From positions 1 through 54,140 of the forward strand of contig CAZQLQ010000006.1 of the NCBI GenBank assembly GCA_964594415.1: a stretch of DNA of 54,140 nucleotides, in the 5' to 3' direction. A program made the translations under genes and the position numbers. Below, one piece after another: positions 26,282 through 38,837 of this stretch (positions within the stretch are counted from its first letter, which is position 1; the number at the start of each line of letters is the position of its first letter). The stretch is from an uncultured Candidatus Saccharibacteria bacterium (lineage in GTDB: Bacteria; Patescibacteriota; CPR2; UBA1875; CAIMLA01). A model generated the notes under the pieces. The model ran no database searches, was not told the DNA's origin, and saw nothing but the letters and a program-made list of their open reading frames with translations.

Positions 26282-26872
26282 TTAGTTTACCTCAACATCA
26301 CTTGTGTTTACGGTTGTACTAAAATCGATAGTTACAGAGGAATCGCCTGTTTCGACGCTTCCATCACCAGTGTTGTAACTCGCTCTATTGCCGCCAGTTG
26401 TTGCTTCTATGTAAGCATCATTTGATACGCAAGCCTTATTCTCTACTTCTATCTCGAGACGATTGTTTTCGTCAATCTTAGCGATATTTGTAGACTCTGC
26501 TCCTGTAGTTTCATTGCTGATACTATAAGAAGCGCCGCAAGTGCCACCACATCCAATGCTTTCAACATCGATTTCTGTGCCGTTAGCTTCGTTTGTAGCG
26601 GTAATGCTTACGTCTGCATCACCAGTCATCACTTCGCCGTCCCCAGTGTTTTTATTTGCTTTATTATAACCGGTAGCAACTGTGCCATTAACACCATTAT
26701 GTAGTCTAACGCTGTTCTCAACTTCGACTTCTGTCTTGTTGTTTTGGTCAACCTTAGCTACGTTTAATGAACCGTATCCGGTCTCTTCGTTACCTATAGA
26801 TGCCATTGCAAAGCCTGATAGTAAGCTTACTCCAACCCCGGCAATAGCGATTTTTTTAGCTAGATCTCTCAT
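26282..26872 (-). CDS. NTG-repeat protein 1: signal peptide plus 2 repeats, no anchor
   Basis: Start refined to MRDLAKK (SD ggagg); two repeats linked by CGGTCG. Confidence 0.85.
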   Translation of the reverse strand: MRDLAKKIAIAGVGVSLLSGFAMASIGNEETGYGSLNVAKVDQNNKTEVEVENSVRLHNGVNGTVATGYNKANKNTGDGEVMTGDADVSITATNEANGTEIDVESIGCGGTCGASYSISNETTGAESTNIAKIDENNRLEIEVENKACVSNDAYIEATTGGNRASYNTGDGSVETGDSSVTIDFSTTVNTSDVEVN

Positions 26873-27034
26873 TTCATTCACCTCCCTTCTTAAATAACTT
26901 TACCTAATCAGTTAGGAGAAATAAGATGAAGGATAATTCCTCAAAATAGTTCGCCCAACTGCCGACCGTACATTTTAGCGGAGATTTTAAAAACCGACCA
27001 TATATCTAGACGTGGTGTTACAGAGTAACTGTTA

Positions 27035-27157
27035 GAAACAAGTCGGTTTCACTATTTGCGCTTCTCTATTTTGGAGTCCTCAGTGCTAGATCTTGTGACC
27101 AATCCCTTCTGAAAAGTTTGAGTTACATAAGCCCTGAGTCAAAGGCGCCCTTATTCC
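27035..27157 (-). ncRNA. Candidate c-di-GMP-II-like riboswitch (variant), leader of the NTG operon
   Basis: P1 ggaataag/cttgtttc, P2 gcgc/gcgc, TGA/GGA, P3 ctcag/ctgag, loop TTGG-TCAC complementary to 3' GTGA-AA-CCGA. Confidence 0.65.
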
Positions 27158-27225
27158 ATATTATTAAATTTTCGAATTTCGGCTTTCATTAGTATTTTTG
27201 TTTTGGTTTTTGTCTCCTTACGAAC

Positions 27226-27255
27226 ATTATAGATACAAAAAAATCCCTATGTCAA
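27226..27255 (-). promoter_or_regulatory. Sigma70 promoter upstream of leader B
   Basis: TTGACA-18-TATAAT. Confidence 0.65.
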
Positions 27256-27357
27256 GGACTTTCTTGTGAGCCCATACAAATTAAGCACAAAATCATTTTT
27301 TTTCAGCTAAAAATCAACTAAAAATAAGCCGTCAAAATTCATAGTTTTGATTTGTTT

Positions 27358-29859
27358 TTATAGATCCAGGGATGGCTCTTCTGCATCAATTTCCTGTTCT
27401 TCAACACAAGCCACCGAGGCAATATAATCATTTTCATCTATTCGCATAATTCGAACGCCCTGGGTGGCTCTGGATATTTTTGAAATTGACTTGAGAGGCA
27501 CGCGAATTACTTGCCCCTTGCTAGAAATTACCATTACGTCTTCGCCAACTGAGGTAATCACCCGAACATCTACCATTTTTCCTGTTTTTGTGGTTACTAC
27601 TCCTGCTTTAATGCCCACTCCGCCCCTGTTATGGCTAGTGAATTGTTTTAGCTCAGTTCTTTTGCCATATCCGTTTTCCATCATAACCAAAAGCTCTGCG
27701 TCATTTATAACAATATCCATTCCAACTACTTTATCGTTTTTCTTGAGCCTAATTCCACGAACGCCCCTCGCGCTTCTTCCCATTGGTCGAACGTTTTTCT
27801 CGCTGAATCTGATCGCCTGAGCAAGGCTTGTAGCCATAATTATTTCATCATTTCCAGAGGTCTGCTTGACCCACCTCAGCTCATCACCCTTATCAAGTCC
27901 AATCGCTATAATTCCGGTCTTACGAATATTTTCAAACGCAGCAACCGAGGTTTTCTTCACCGTTCCCAATGTTGTTGCCATCATTAAAAATTTATCTTTT
28001 TCAAACTTCTCAATATTAATAATCGAAGTTACTTTCTCTTCAGGAGCAAGCTGAACCAAGTTTACGACTGGCTGACCTTTTGCTGTTCTTGAAACCATCG
28101 GAATCTCCCAAATCTTGATTTGGAAAACTCTACCAAGATTCGTAAACAACAAGAGATTGTCATGATTTCTCGTTTGAATTAGTTGCTGAACGACATCTTC
28201 CTCTTTGATCCCTCCTGTAACCCCTTTTCCGCCCCTTCCTTGAGATTTATAGGTAGAACTAAGCATCCTCTTGATATAACCACCATTTGTGAGGGTTACT
28301 ATCACATCTTCGTTTGGAATCAAATCTTCTTCGTTGAATTTATTTAAAGAATGACCGACTAGTTTTGTTCTTCTTTCGTCGCCATATTTTTCTTTGATCT
28401 CAATCAATTCGTCTTTGACTACTGCAAGTATCTTTTCTTCATGTGCAAGTAAATCCTCAAGATAGGCTATCAACTTCTGAAGTTCATTATATTCATCCTC
28501 TATCTTTTTTCTTTCAAGCCCAGCCAGGGTTCTCAGTTGCATTGCGAGAATTGCAAGAACCTGAGGCTCCGAAAAACCAAATCTGCTCATTAAGTTTTGC
28601 TTGGCTTCTTCCTGACTCGAGCTCTCCTTGATTGTCTGAATTACTTCGTCAATATTTTCAAGCGCCTTGATAAGCCCCTCTAAAATATGTGCGCGGTCTT
28701 TAGCTTTTCTAAGTTCAAACTCGCTTCTTCTTGTTACAATAATCTTCCTATGCTTAATAAACTCCTCAAGGATCATTTTAAGATTAAGAAGTCTTGGCTG
28801 AATACCGTCTACAAGAGCAATCATATTAAAGCCAAAAGACGTTTGCATCGACGTCAACTTGTAAAGCTGGTTTAAAATCTTATTCGCATAAGCATCTTTT
28901 TTGAGCTCAATAATTATTCTGACCGAAGTCTTCCTATCCGATTCGTCCCTAATATCCGAAATACCAACGACTTTCTTCTCTTTTACAAGTTCTGCAATTT
29001 TGGTAATCAAACTAGCTTTATTTACCTGATAAGGCAATTCGGAAATGAGGATATGCTGGTCTCCGCGTTTTCCCTCTTCTATTTCGGCTACTGCACGCAT
29101 TATAATACTTCCTCGCCCGCTCGCATAAGCAAGTTTGATCTGCTCGGGATCAAATATTTGTCCTCCTGTAGGAAAATCAGGACCAACAATATGCTTCATC
29201 AGATCGTCTATAGTCGCATTTTCGTTGTCTATAAGCTCAATCAAGCCGTTTACTAGCTCAGATAAGTTATGGGGCGGTATATTTGTCGCCATACCAACTG
29301 CAATCCCCATTTGGCCGTTCAAAAGCAAAACAGGAAGGCGAGTAGGGAGAATCTTTGGCTCCTTAAGAGAACCGTCATAGTTGGGTACGAAGTCAATAGT
29401 ATCCTTATCTATATCAGATAGCATTTCTTCAGCGGCCTTGGTCATTCTGGCTTCGGTATAACGCATAGCTGCAGCAGAATCTCCGTCCATCGACCCAAAG
29501 TTACCTTGTCCATCAACTAGAGGGTAGCGCATTGACCAGTATTGCGCCATACGAACCATAGATTCATAAACAGCTGAATCCCCATGCGGGTGATACTTAC
29601 CCAAAACTTCACCGACAATTAACGCAGATTTACGAAATTTGGTATTTGAACGAATCCCAAGAACGCTCATTGCGTATAGAATACGGCGATGAACCGGCTT
29701 CAAACCATCGCGAACATCAGGTAGAGCTCTCGATACTATAACGCTCATAGCGTAGTCAAGAAAGCTCTCTCGCATCTCAAGGCTTATTTCACGATCTTTT
29801 ATATATCCTATCTCTTCACCAATTGTTAATTGGTTTTCACTTCTTTCTTTTTTTGCCAT
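27358..29859 (-). CDS. gyrA: DNA gyrase subunit A
   Basis: [14 protein letters not shown] catalytic Tyr, GyrA-box QGRGGKG, CTD blades. Confidence 0.98.
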   Translation of the reverse strand: MAKKERSENQLTIGEEIGYIKDREISLEMRESFLDYAMSVIVSRALPDVRDGLKPVHRRILYAMSVLGIRSNTKFRKSALIVGEVLGKYHPHGDSAVYESMVRMAQYWSMRYPLVDGQGNFGSMDGDSAAAMRYTEARMTKAAEEMLSDIDKDTIDFVPNYDGSLKEPKILPTRLPVLLLNGQMGIAVGMATNIPPHNLSELVNGLIELIDNENATIDDLMKHIVGPDFPTGGQIFDPEQIKLAYASGRGSIIMRAVAEIEEGKRGDQHILISELPYQVNKASLITKIAELVKEKKVVGISDIRDESDRKTSVRIIIELKKDAYANKILNQLYKLTSMQTSFGFNMIALVDGIQPRLLNLKMILEEFIKHRKIIVTRRSEFELRKAKDRAHILEGLIKALENIDEVIQTIKESSSQEEAKQNLMSRFGFSEPQVLAILAMQLRTLAGLERKKIEDEYNELQKLIAYLEDLLAHEEKILAVVKDELIEIKEKYGDERRTKLVGHSLNKFNEEDLIPNEDVIVTLTNGGYIKRMLSSTYKSQGRGGKGVTGGIKEEDVVQQLIQTRNHDNLLLFTNLGRVFQIKIWEIPMVSRTAKGQPVVNLVQLAPEEKVTSIINIEKFEKDKFLMMATTLGTVKKTSVAAFENIRKTGIIAIGLDKGDELRWVKQTSGNDEIIMATSLAQAIRFSEKNVRPMGRSARGVRGIRLKKNDKVVGMDIVINDAELLVMMENGYGKRTELKQFTSHNRGGVGIKAGVVTTKTGKMVDVRVITSVGEDVMVISSKGQVIRVPLKSISKISRATQGVRIMRIDENDYIASVACVEEQEIDAEEPSLDL

Positions 29860-29887
29860 TACACTTCCATTTCAGATTTATTTTTAA

Positions 29888-31942
<2,055 letters not shown>

Positions 31943-32114
31943 TTATCGTTTCTTCCTTTTTTATAGCACAACCTTAACATATCACTTTTAAAAGTGATTA
32001 CACTTAATTAATTACATATGTAAAATACATACTTTTATAAGAAAAGTATACACTTATTTTATCCCTTATGCAAGGTCAATAGTGCTTAAAAAATAAATTA
32101 AAGAGTGCCAAAAT

Positions 32115-34166
32115 TTACCCCAATTGTTCTTTGAGGCTGGCAATCTCCTTATCAATATTCTTTAATTCAATCTCGTATTTTTCGAGTAATTTTTTATTCG
32201 TTTCTCTAGTTTTTATAAATTCTTCATATATTCTGTTTGAGTTCACTACAATATTGGCCTTCTTTTCTGATTTTTCATTTATTTCCTCATGAAGATTTTC
32301 TATTTTGCGAATATTCTTGTTCAGCTGTCTGTTAAGATCGTTAACGAGATCCAGGGTTCTCTTCCTGTAATTTTCTATAATTTTGTGAGCAGACTGTAGT
32401 GCTTGCATCTTGTCATTAATCGCTGCGCTATGTCTGACTTGCTTCAAATTATCCATTCTAATCTTTTGTAGCTGAAGCTCTCCAACTAAATAAGTCATAT
32501 TTGATATCAATTGGCTCAGAGCCTTTTCTTTGCTAATTTCAATAATAAATAAGCTATTCAACCCGTTTCTTATTTTAAAAGTCCTACTATAAATATCTTG
32601 GCTGCTTAATATTTCCTTTATAAGAATTTGCTTGATTCTTTCCTGTTCGACAAACAAATCAATATATCTATCAAATTCTTTTGAACCAAAAACATGAGTC
32701 AGAATTTTCCGCACAATGTTTTCGCTCAAATGTTTTTCCCTTGCTTTTACGTCAAATATTCGCCTAAGTTTGTTTTCTAAGACTAGCCTGATATGATTCT
32801 CATTTGAAATTTCAACGTCTATTTGATTCCTTGAAATAGTAATTTTTTCCTTATCATGAGCGACCTCTTTAATGCCAAGTTTGGCACAGAATCTCTTCTC
32901 AAAGTCATCAGCTTCTTTGACAAGTGAGGCAAGATAAGAGATTTCCGACATCGATGAAGCCAATTCTTCGATTTTGGGGTTTATCGAATTGTAAAGACTT
33001 AGAAATCTTGCTAAATCGGGCTGGAACAAAGAATCAATGCTAGAAAGGCTTTCTAAATTTTTGGCATAGCCATCCATTAATAAGTTGAATTCTTTGCTCT
33101 TGCTTTCTATTGAAGAAAGTTTTTCAAAATATTCAGCCCTTGAAATATCGTCAACCCTTTTTTCATTAACTATTTTTTCTGAAAAGTTTTTGTGGGTCTC
33201 GACATTTTTTTTATTTTTTTCATTTTCAACTTTTAGTTTATTAAATACTTCTCTTTCCTCTAAAGCTAGCTTGTTATTCGCATAATGAAAATTTTTGTAT
33301 CCGGTAACAATTTTGGAAAGAAGATCCTTTCTGAGGCTCGAAATAAAATTCTCTCCAACAGCAGTTACCGCGACTAATTGACCGTTTTTGCTAATCATAA
33401 TGTCATCATGCAATATACTGTCTTTTATCCGTTTTAAGACTTCTTCATTACTGTTAATCCTAATAATTTCAACTAAATCGTTTTTGGCTTTAAAAATTCT
33501 AAAATAGGTTTTCGGCACCGAATTCTCTGAATTTGAAGCAAAATACTCTTTGTTTGCAGCATCCAAAATCTCTTCCTTGGCTTTTTTAAGAATCTTATCG
33601 CCCGCAATACTTGTTGGAACCAACTTTCTTCCTCTACCCAAAACAATTTCTTTCTTTAAAAAAGCCGCATAAACGTCTTGCAGGATTGAGCTAGTTGAAT
33701 CAAGAAGCATATACAGATCGTTTGACAGATTTGGTTCTTTCGAGCTTAGAATCCTAATTAATCTTCCTTCACGATCTTCATCGTCAAATTTTTCTATACC
33801 CATTTCTGTAAAAAAAGTGTTTACCTTCGCCTTGATCAAGTTTTCGGAAGAGCCTATTAGCTCTTTCCTTGCACTTATTAACTCATCAACATACTCTTTG
33901 TACTGGACTGGTGTTTTGCCCTGTTTAGCAAGCATTGCCAACGCATCTACTATGAGGTCCACGTTTTTCCCATCACGAAGAGATTTCTTAAGATCGATAA
34001 TTTCTTTGACCACTTTAAGAACTTCCGGATCAAATAAGCTGATCTTACTAGACAATTCATTATACCTCTTATGAGCCAAAAGAAATTCTTTTTTATATGC
34101 TTCTAGCTCTGTCTTGAATTCAGGTATTAACGAACTCTCACTATTTGTATCTCTTCCCTCCTTCAA
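32115..34166 (-). CDS. Large coiled-coil hypothetical protein
   Basis: 683 aa, K/E/L-rich heptad character; starts 9 nt after the ATPase stop. Confidence 0.75.
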   Translation of the reverse strand: MKEGRDTNSESSLIPEFKTELEAYKKEFLLAHKRYNELSSKISLFDPEVLKVVKEIIDLKKSLRDGKNVDLIVDALAMLAKQGKTPVQYKEYVDELISARKELIGSSENLIKAKVNTFFTEMGIEKFDDEDREGRLIRILSSKEPNLSNDLYMLLDSTSSILQDVYAAFLKKEIVLGRGRKLVPTSIAGDKILKKAKEEILDAANKEYFASNSENSVPKTYFRIFKAKNDLVEIIRINSNEEVLKRIKDSILHDDIMISKNGQLVAVTAVGENFISSLRKDLLSKIVTGYKNFHYANNKLALEEREVFNKLKVENEKNKKNVETHKNFSEKIVNEKRVDDISRAEYFEKLSSIESKSKEFNLLMDGYAKNLESLSSIDSLFQPDLARFLSLYNSINPKIEELASSMSEISYLASLVKEADDFEKRFCAKLGIKEVAHDKEKITISRNQIDVEISNENHIRLVLENKLRRIFDVKAREKHLSENIVRKILTHVFGSKEFDRYIDLFVEQERIKQILIKEILSSQDIYSRTFKIRNGLNSLFIIEISKEKALSQLISNMTYLVGELQLQKIRMDNLKQVRHSAAINDKMQALQSAHKIIENYRKRTLDLVNDLNRQLNKNIRKIENLHEEINEKSEKKANIVVNSNRIYEEFIKTRETNKKLLEKYEIELKNIDKEIASLKEQLG

Positions 34167-34175
34167 ATGTGTTTC

Positions 34176-36632
34176 CTACAAATCTTTATTAAATTTCGCA
34201 TTTATTTCATTGTTAACTATATCACGTTGTATGCCGTACTTCAAACGAGATAATTCTTTGATTGCTTTACCCAACTCGTTATTTGGATTAGGAGGATAAG
34301 GATATCCACTCATGCTAAATGGAACGGACGGCTTTGAGCCGATAAGCACCTTTGCTATACTTGTATAATTTTCCATATTTATAAGATCGCTTTCATTGAA
34401 TATCGGCGTAAATTGTTTTGCCAGATATTCAGCATCATCGTTCCCGACTCTAAACGATATCAAGTTGCCAACGTTACCAAATACTGCATTGCGAATCTCG
34501 TCTTTCAGCTGTCCTATAAACTGGTTTGCCACAGTAAGATTTAAACGAAATTTTCTTGCCTCTGAAAGAATGGAGGCAAAGGAGTCTGTCGCAAAATTCT
34601 GAAACTCATCGACATAAAGATAGAAATCTTTTCTCTGTTCTTCCGGAATATCAGCCCTTGACATAGCTGCCATCTGAATCTTCGCTACCAAAATCATCCC
34701 GAGAAGCATCATATTCATCTCGCCAATCTCTCCCTTGGAAAGGTTTACTAGCAATATTTTCTGTTCGTCCATAATCTTTCTAAGGTTGAGTACCGATTTA
34801 TTTTGGCCGAGAATATTTCTCATTGTAGCATTTGTCATAAAAGCACCGAATTTACCGACAAACCATCCGAGCATTTCGGATTTGTGAAAATCACTTGTTT
34901 GTCCCATCTCGTTCACCCAGAAATTACGAACAAAAGGGTCCTCAACATACTTAAGTTTTTCTTTCATAAATTCATCGTCGGTAAATATTCTTGGAATTTC
35001 AATGAAGGTTCCTCCGTCAGCACCTGACATCAGAAGCAAAGCCGCATTCCTAAACCAATGTTCAAATCTTGGCCCCATTATTCCTGTATGTCCAGGGTCA
35101 TAGAGCCGATATAGCATCGCTATTGCTTCTTGGATTACAAAATCTTTCTCCTCTTGAGTTTGCGCAGAAAAAAGGTTTATGCCGATAGGACGCTCAACAT
35201 CGCTAGCGTCGAATAAAATAACATCTTCCGCTCTTTCTTTTGGAATATACGGCAAAATGTGTTCTTCTAGATCTTGTCCATGAGGATCGATGAAACAAAC
35301 TCCTTTACCTTCTTTGATATCCGAAATAATCATATTGGCCATCGTAGTAGTCTTGCCGGATCCGGTCTGTCCTATTATATAAACATGGCGGCGGCGGTCG
35401 TTTTCTGCAATGCGAATTACTTTGTCTTCGCCCCTAAAATAACTGTGACCGATTATTACTCCAGTTTCCGAAACGAAAGTGGGCGGGGCTGCTTTTTTTG
35501 ACGGTAGCCAGCGAATCCCTGGAGTAGTCACTAAATAGTTCGGCAGATGAAATATTGTTGCAAGCTCCTCGGTATTCAGTATTAATTGACGACCACCGTA
35601 AAACCAAGAAAAAATATCAGATTTGAAAAAACGATTATGAAAAAACCTAAATATATAATCGGTTGCTAATTTGTCTGCATTAACTTCTTCAAAATGAAAA
35701 CTATTCATATTTTTGTTTCCAAACTGCTCAAACGCAGAACAAATGTCTCTAACAATAGCGTCCGACCTTGTCTTTGAAGAAGTTGAGGCGATAACCCTTA
35801 TAACAGTTTCTAGATTGAGCTTGGAGGATTTTTTCTCAACCAGCTTAATAGTCTCTTCCTCCATCGGAGTCAAACGATAATTTTCTTTATCATCCGCTTC
35901 TTTTACTAGTGCAGCATCTACTAAATCGGTCATCAAAGAGGTACTTCTGTTCCCCTTTTGCATGCTTTTTGCTACTTGATTCGCCCTCATAGAATGTCGA
36001 TGACTAGTAGGTCTAAAAAGTATCTGTATCGCAGCTCCTTCCTCTTTATCTAGCTTAAATAAGGAGTTAGTAAGGCTTTCAAGCGGTTCGCTATCAAGCT
36101 CATGATAAGTTCTAAAAGGGAAATAATAAGGCTTCGTAGCAAGAAGTTCTCCTCCCGAAATGTTTTCTAGCCCCCAACCTTCGTAAAAAATATTATGCTC
36201 CTCGCTGCGCTCTATATGACAATCAGGATATTGTGCGCTTATGTTTTTTTCTACCAGATCCAAATAAGCGAAAGGTACTGCAAAGTAAAAGAATATTTCG
36301 TTGTGCTTAGCTACTATTTCGGCAGCGATATGGGGGGTACCAACAAAATAATTCCTGATAAACCTATGCCTATTATAAGTAACCCCAATATTTGAGTAAA
36401 ATGTTTCCGCAACAGAAATTACTTCTTTTAGTGCATCCCTATTATCCCTAGATTGGCCATGATTGTCTTTGGATCCACTATCCCTTGGTACCGTAATAAG
36501 AAGAGGAACCATCTTCAATGATCTTTCAATCTGTTTCTTCCAATACTTACTTCTTCGAAATACCAAAAAAGCAATAACCAATACTACCGTTAACGCCAAA
36601 AAGATTATTAATAATAATGAATAGAACTGCAT
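34176..36632 (-). CDS. VirB4/TraG/HerA-like P-loop ATPase with N-terminal TM (CPR type)
   Basis: Walker A GQTGSGKTT, IDPHG, Walker B LYVDEFQNF, SEARKF...ANQF. Confidence 0.9.
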   Translation of the reverse strand: MQFYSLLLIIFLALTVVLVIAFLVFRRSKYWKKQIERSLKMVPLLITVPRDSGSKDNHGQSRDNRDALKEVISVAETFYSNIGVTYNRHRFIRNYFVGTPHIAAEIVAKHNEIFFYFAVPFAYLDLVEKNISAQYPDCHIERSEEHNIFYEGWGLENISGGELLATKPYYFPFRTYHELDSEPLESLTNSLFKLDKEEGAAIQILFRPTSHRHSMRANQVAKSMQKGNRSTSLMTDLVDAALVKEADDKENYRLTPMEEETIKLVEKKSSKLNLETVIRVIASTSSKTRSDAIVRDICSAFEQFGNKNMNSFHFEEVNADKLATDYIFRFFHNRFFKSDIFSWFYGGRQLILNTEELATIFHLPNYLVTTPGIRWLPSKKAAPPTFVSETGVIIGHSYFRGEDKVIRIAENDRRRHVYIIGQTGSGKTTTMANMIISDIKEGKGVCFIDPHGQDLEEHILPYIPKERAEDVILFDASDVERPIGINLFSAQTQEEKDFVIQEAIAMLYRLYDPGHTGIMGPRFEHWFRNAALLLMSGADGGTFIEIPRIFTDDEFMKEKLKYVEDPFVRNFWVNEMGQTSDFHKSEMLGWFVGKFGAFMTNATMRNILGQNKSVLNLRKIMDEQKILLVNLSKGEIGEMNMMLLGMILVAKIQMAAMSRADIPEEQRKDFYLYVDEFQNFATDSFASILSEARKFRLNLTVANQFIGQLKDEIRNAVFGNVGNLISFRVGNDDAEYLAKQFTPIFNESDLINMENYTSIAKVLIGSKPSVPFSMSGYPYPPNPNNELGKAIKELSRLKYGIQRDIVNNEINAKFNKDL

Positions 36633-36657
36633 AATTCTTCTTATTTATTCCTTTTTC

Positions 36658-37017
36658 TTATTTCTTAACATCAACACCAAGGCTCTTTAAATACTTTTTC
36701 TGAAGACCCTCAACATCTTGCTCTTCTCTATATGGATTATTTTTGTCTTCCTCCATAATTTTTTCCGCTTCCTTAACATAGGAAACACTCTCTTCTTCGC
36801 CTTTTTCAATAATGACGCTGTTACCCTCATTATCTGCGTCAATTATCTCAGCACTTTGATCAATCAGTTGTTTGGCCGCTGCGACGTTGCTAGCGATTTC
36901 TTCAAAAGATACTACCGGATTTGATTCATAAGACTTTTTAAGAGTTTCGTGTTTATCGGGGACTGTTAAAGATTCCGTATCTTCTTGCCTAGCTTCTATC
37001 TTACGTTCATTTTCCAT
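36658..37017 (-). CDS. Small acidic hypothetical protein
   Basis: Start refined to MENERK after SD ggagg. Confidence 0.7.
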   Translation of the reverse strand: MENERKIEARQEDTESLTVPDKHETLKKSYESNPVVSFEEIASNVAAAKQLIDQSAEIIDADNEGNSVIIEKGEEESVSYVKEAEKIMEEDKNNPYREEQDVEGLQKKYLKSLGVDVKK

Positions 37018-37028
37018 TTCGCCTCCTA

Positions 37029-38837
37029 TTAATAATGCACTATCACCGGTGTTCCTACTGGAGCCCAATCGTAAATAAACTTTGCGACATCATAAGTAGC
37101 ATTTACACATCCATGGGAACCATTCCATTTATAATCCATACTCCCAAATGTAGTTCTCCAGTAAGCCTCGTGGATTGAATAACCCCCGCCTTTAAACCAA
37201 GTTACCCAGTGGACATTCGGCAAGTCGTAATAGTCAACGCCGGGAGTTCCTCCTGTCATTCTAGTTACCGCTGTCTTTCCAGTAACAAGCCAAGTACCAA
37301 CAGGTGTGGAATGGTAAAGGTTTCCTGTAGTGATTTTCCAACTTCCGACAGCCTCCCCTCCTTTGAGATACGCCGTCATTGTTTGAGTTGAAATATTTAC
37401 ATCGATATATTTATCCCAATTCGCAACAGTTACATATTCATAAACAACTTTTGGATCGACTACGTACGTTGGAATCTCCAATCTTACCGATTCCTGTATT
37501 GAGAGCTTATCCGCAATATTCTTGCCTAGAACCTCGGTGTTAACTGCAAGTCCGCTCTTCCCTTCTTGGATGACTGTCTGCTTATCGCCATTCTCAACCC
37601 TTATCTTTTTATTCACCGTCGCTATGTCAATCTCTGACTGTAAAAAGGAAAAATAGTTTACCATTTTAGCCGTATCTATGACCAAAGTGTACTTGGTTTC
37701 ATCAACTTTTTTGGAATAAGAAATCCACGAGGATATCGTTTCTTTGTCAGGAGAATAAATCTTCCCGTTATAAGCCAATAGAATTTTCTTATTCATTATT
37801 TTTTGTGTTTCCAGGATGGTTTCTTCGGCTGAATTATCGATGACCGCTGGCTCTACCTGTTTTGTCGCAACTGTGATCTGGGTTTGGCCAAAATTTTTTA
37901 TTGCGCTTAATACATCTGCGCTAAGTTTAGAAACAACGACCTCCCGTCCATAAACTGCCGGTATGAGTGTCACGACACCATTACTGACAGATACCTCGGA
38001 ATCCCTAGCAGTAATATTTATGTTATCTACAATTCCTTGCACAAAAGTATTTACTGCATCATTATCAATCTCATAACTTGGCTGTACCTGAAGATCAGAA
38101 CTTTTTGTGATTATCTGATCATTCACGAAAGATACTTTGTTGAATAATAGCTTTATTCTAGTGATATAATTTCCGAAGTAAGAGCTGGTTCTGCCTTTTG
38201 AATAAGCGCTAAGCGCCATAGTTTCACTATTGAAAACGATTCCTAGGTCCTCAGCCTTTGCTTGATACGTCTGGTCTGGTCCTTTTATAGTTATTACACT
38301 ATTATTTATTTTTTTCGTAATCAACCCTTGGACCTCGCTCATTGTCTTTCCACCGGCATCAATGCCCCAAACTGTAACTCCCGGGAAAACTTTATTTTCA
38401 TAGATAAACTTGTCAGCGTAAGCGGCTCCTGCTAAGGAAATCGTTATAAAGGATAAGACTATAACCGTAGTGCTCCAAGCCATAATCTTACGATGAATTT
38501 TTTTCTTTTTAGTCAAAACTTTTTTAGGTTTAGCTTTCTTTTTGCTGACTTCAGCTACGCCAAACTCTTTAAATTTTTTTTCTAAAACCTCTTTCTCTTT
38601 TTGTTCCTCATCCGTATCCCTGATTAGCATTTTCTGCTCTTCTTTCTTTAAAAAAGAAAGTAATCCCCGTGATTGTTTTTCTGCTATAATCGGCTTTTCT
38701 TGTTTGCTTTCTGCCTCAAATGAAGCTTCTTCCCTCTCAGAAACTAAACGTGAAAGCTGGAGAATATCGTCTTTAACGGACTTCGAATAATTGTGCTTTT
38801 TTATATCAAAAAATTTCTTATTTGTTTCCTGATCCAC
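37029..38837 (-). CDS. L,D-transpeptidase (YkuD) with PG-binding/VanW-like region and N-terminal TM
   Basis: IDVNISTQTM, TPVG, IHEAYW...GSHGCVN catalytic motif. Confidence 0.92.
   Translation of the reverse strand: MDQETNKKFFDIKKHNYSKSVKDDILQLSRLVSEREEASFEAESKQEKPIIAEKQSRGLLSFLKKEEQKMLIRDTDEEQKEKEVLEKKFKEFGVAEVSKKKAKPKKVLTKKKKIHRKIMAWSTTVIVLSFITISLAGAAYADKFIYENKVFPGVTVWGIDAGGKTMSEVQGLITKKINNSVITIKGPDQTYQAKAEDLGIVFNSETMALSAYSKGRTSSYFGNYITRIKLLFNKVSFVNDQIITKSSDLQVQPSYEIDNDAVNTFVQGIVDNINITARDSEVSVSNGVVTLIPAVYGREVVVSKLSADVLSAIKNFGQTQITVATKQVEPAVIDNSAEETILETQKIMNKKILLAYNGKIYSPDKETISSWISYSKKVDETKYTLVIDTAKMVNYFSFLQSEIDIATVNKKIRVENGDKQTVIQEGKSGLAVNTEVLGKNIADKLSIQESVRLEIPTYVVDPKVVYEYVTVANWDKYIDVNISTQTMTAYLKGGEAVGSWKITTGNLYHSTPVGTWLVTGKTAVTRMTGGTPGVDYYDLPNVHWVTWFKGGGYSIHEAYWRTTFGSMDYKWNGSHGCVNATYDVAKFIYDWAPVGTPVIVHY

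Noticed and set aside
23469-26425. Long + strand ORFs antisense to the NTG-repeat and other surface genes
   Set aside because: Expected shadow frames of low-complexity S/T/N/G-rich coding sequence; no SD/promoter support or recognisable motifs.
34176-36632. Conjugative element (ICE)
   Set aside because: No relaxase, integrase or other T4SS genes, and the gene is embedded in a pheST-gyrBA housekeeping run.
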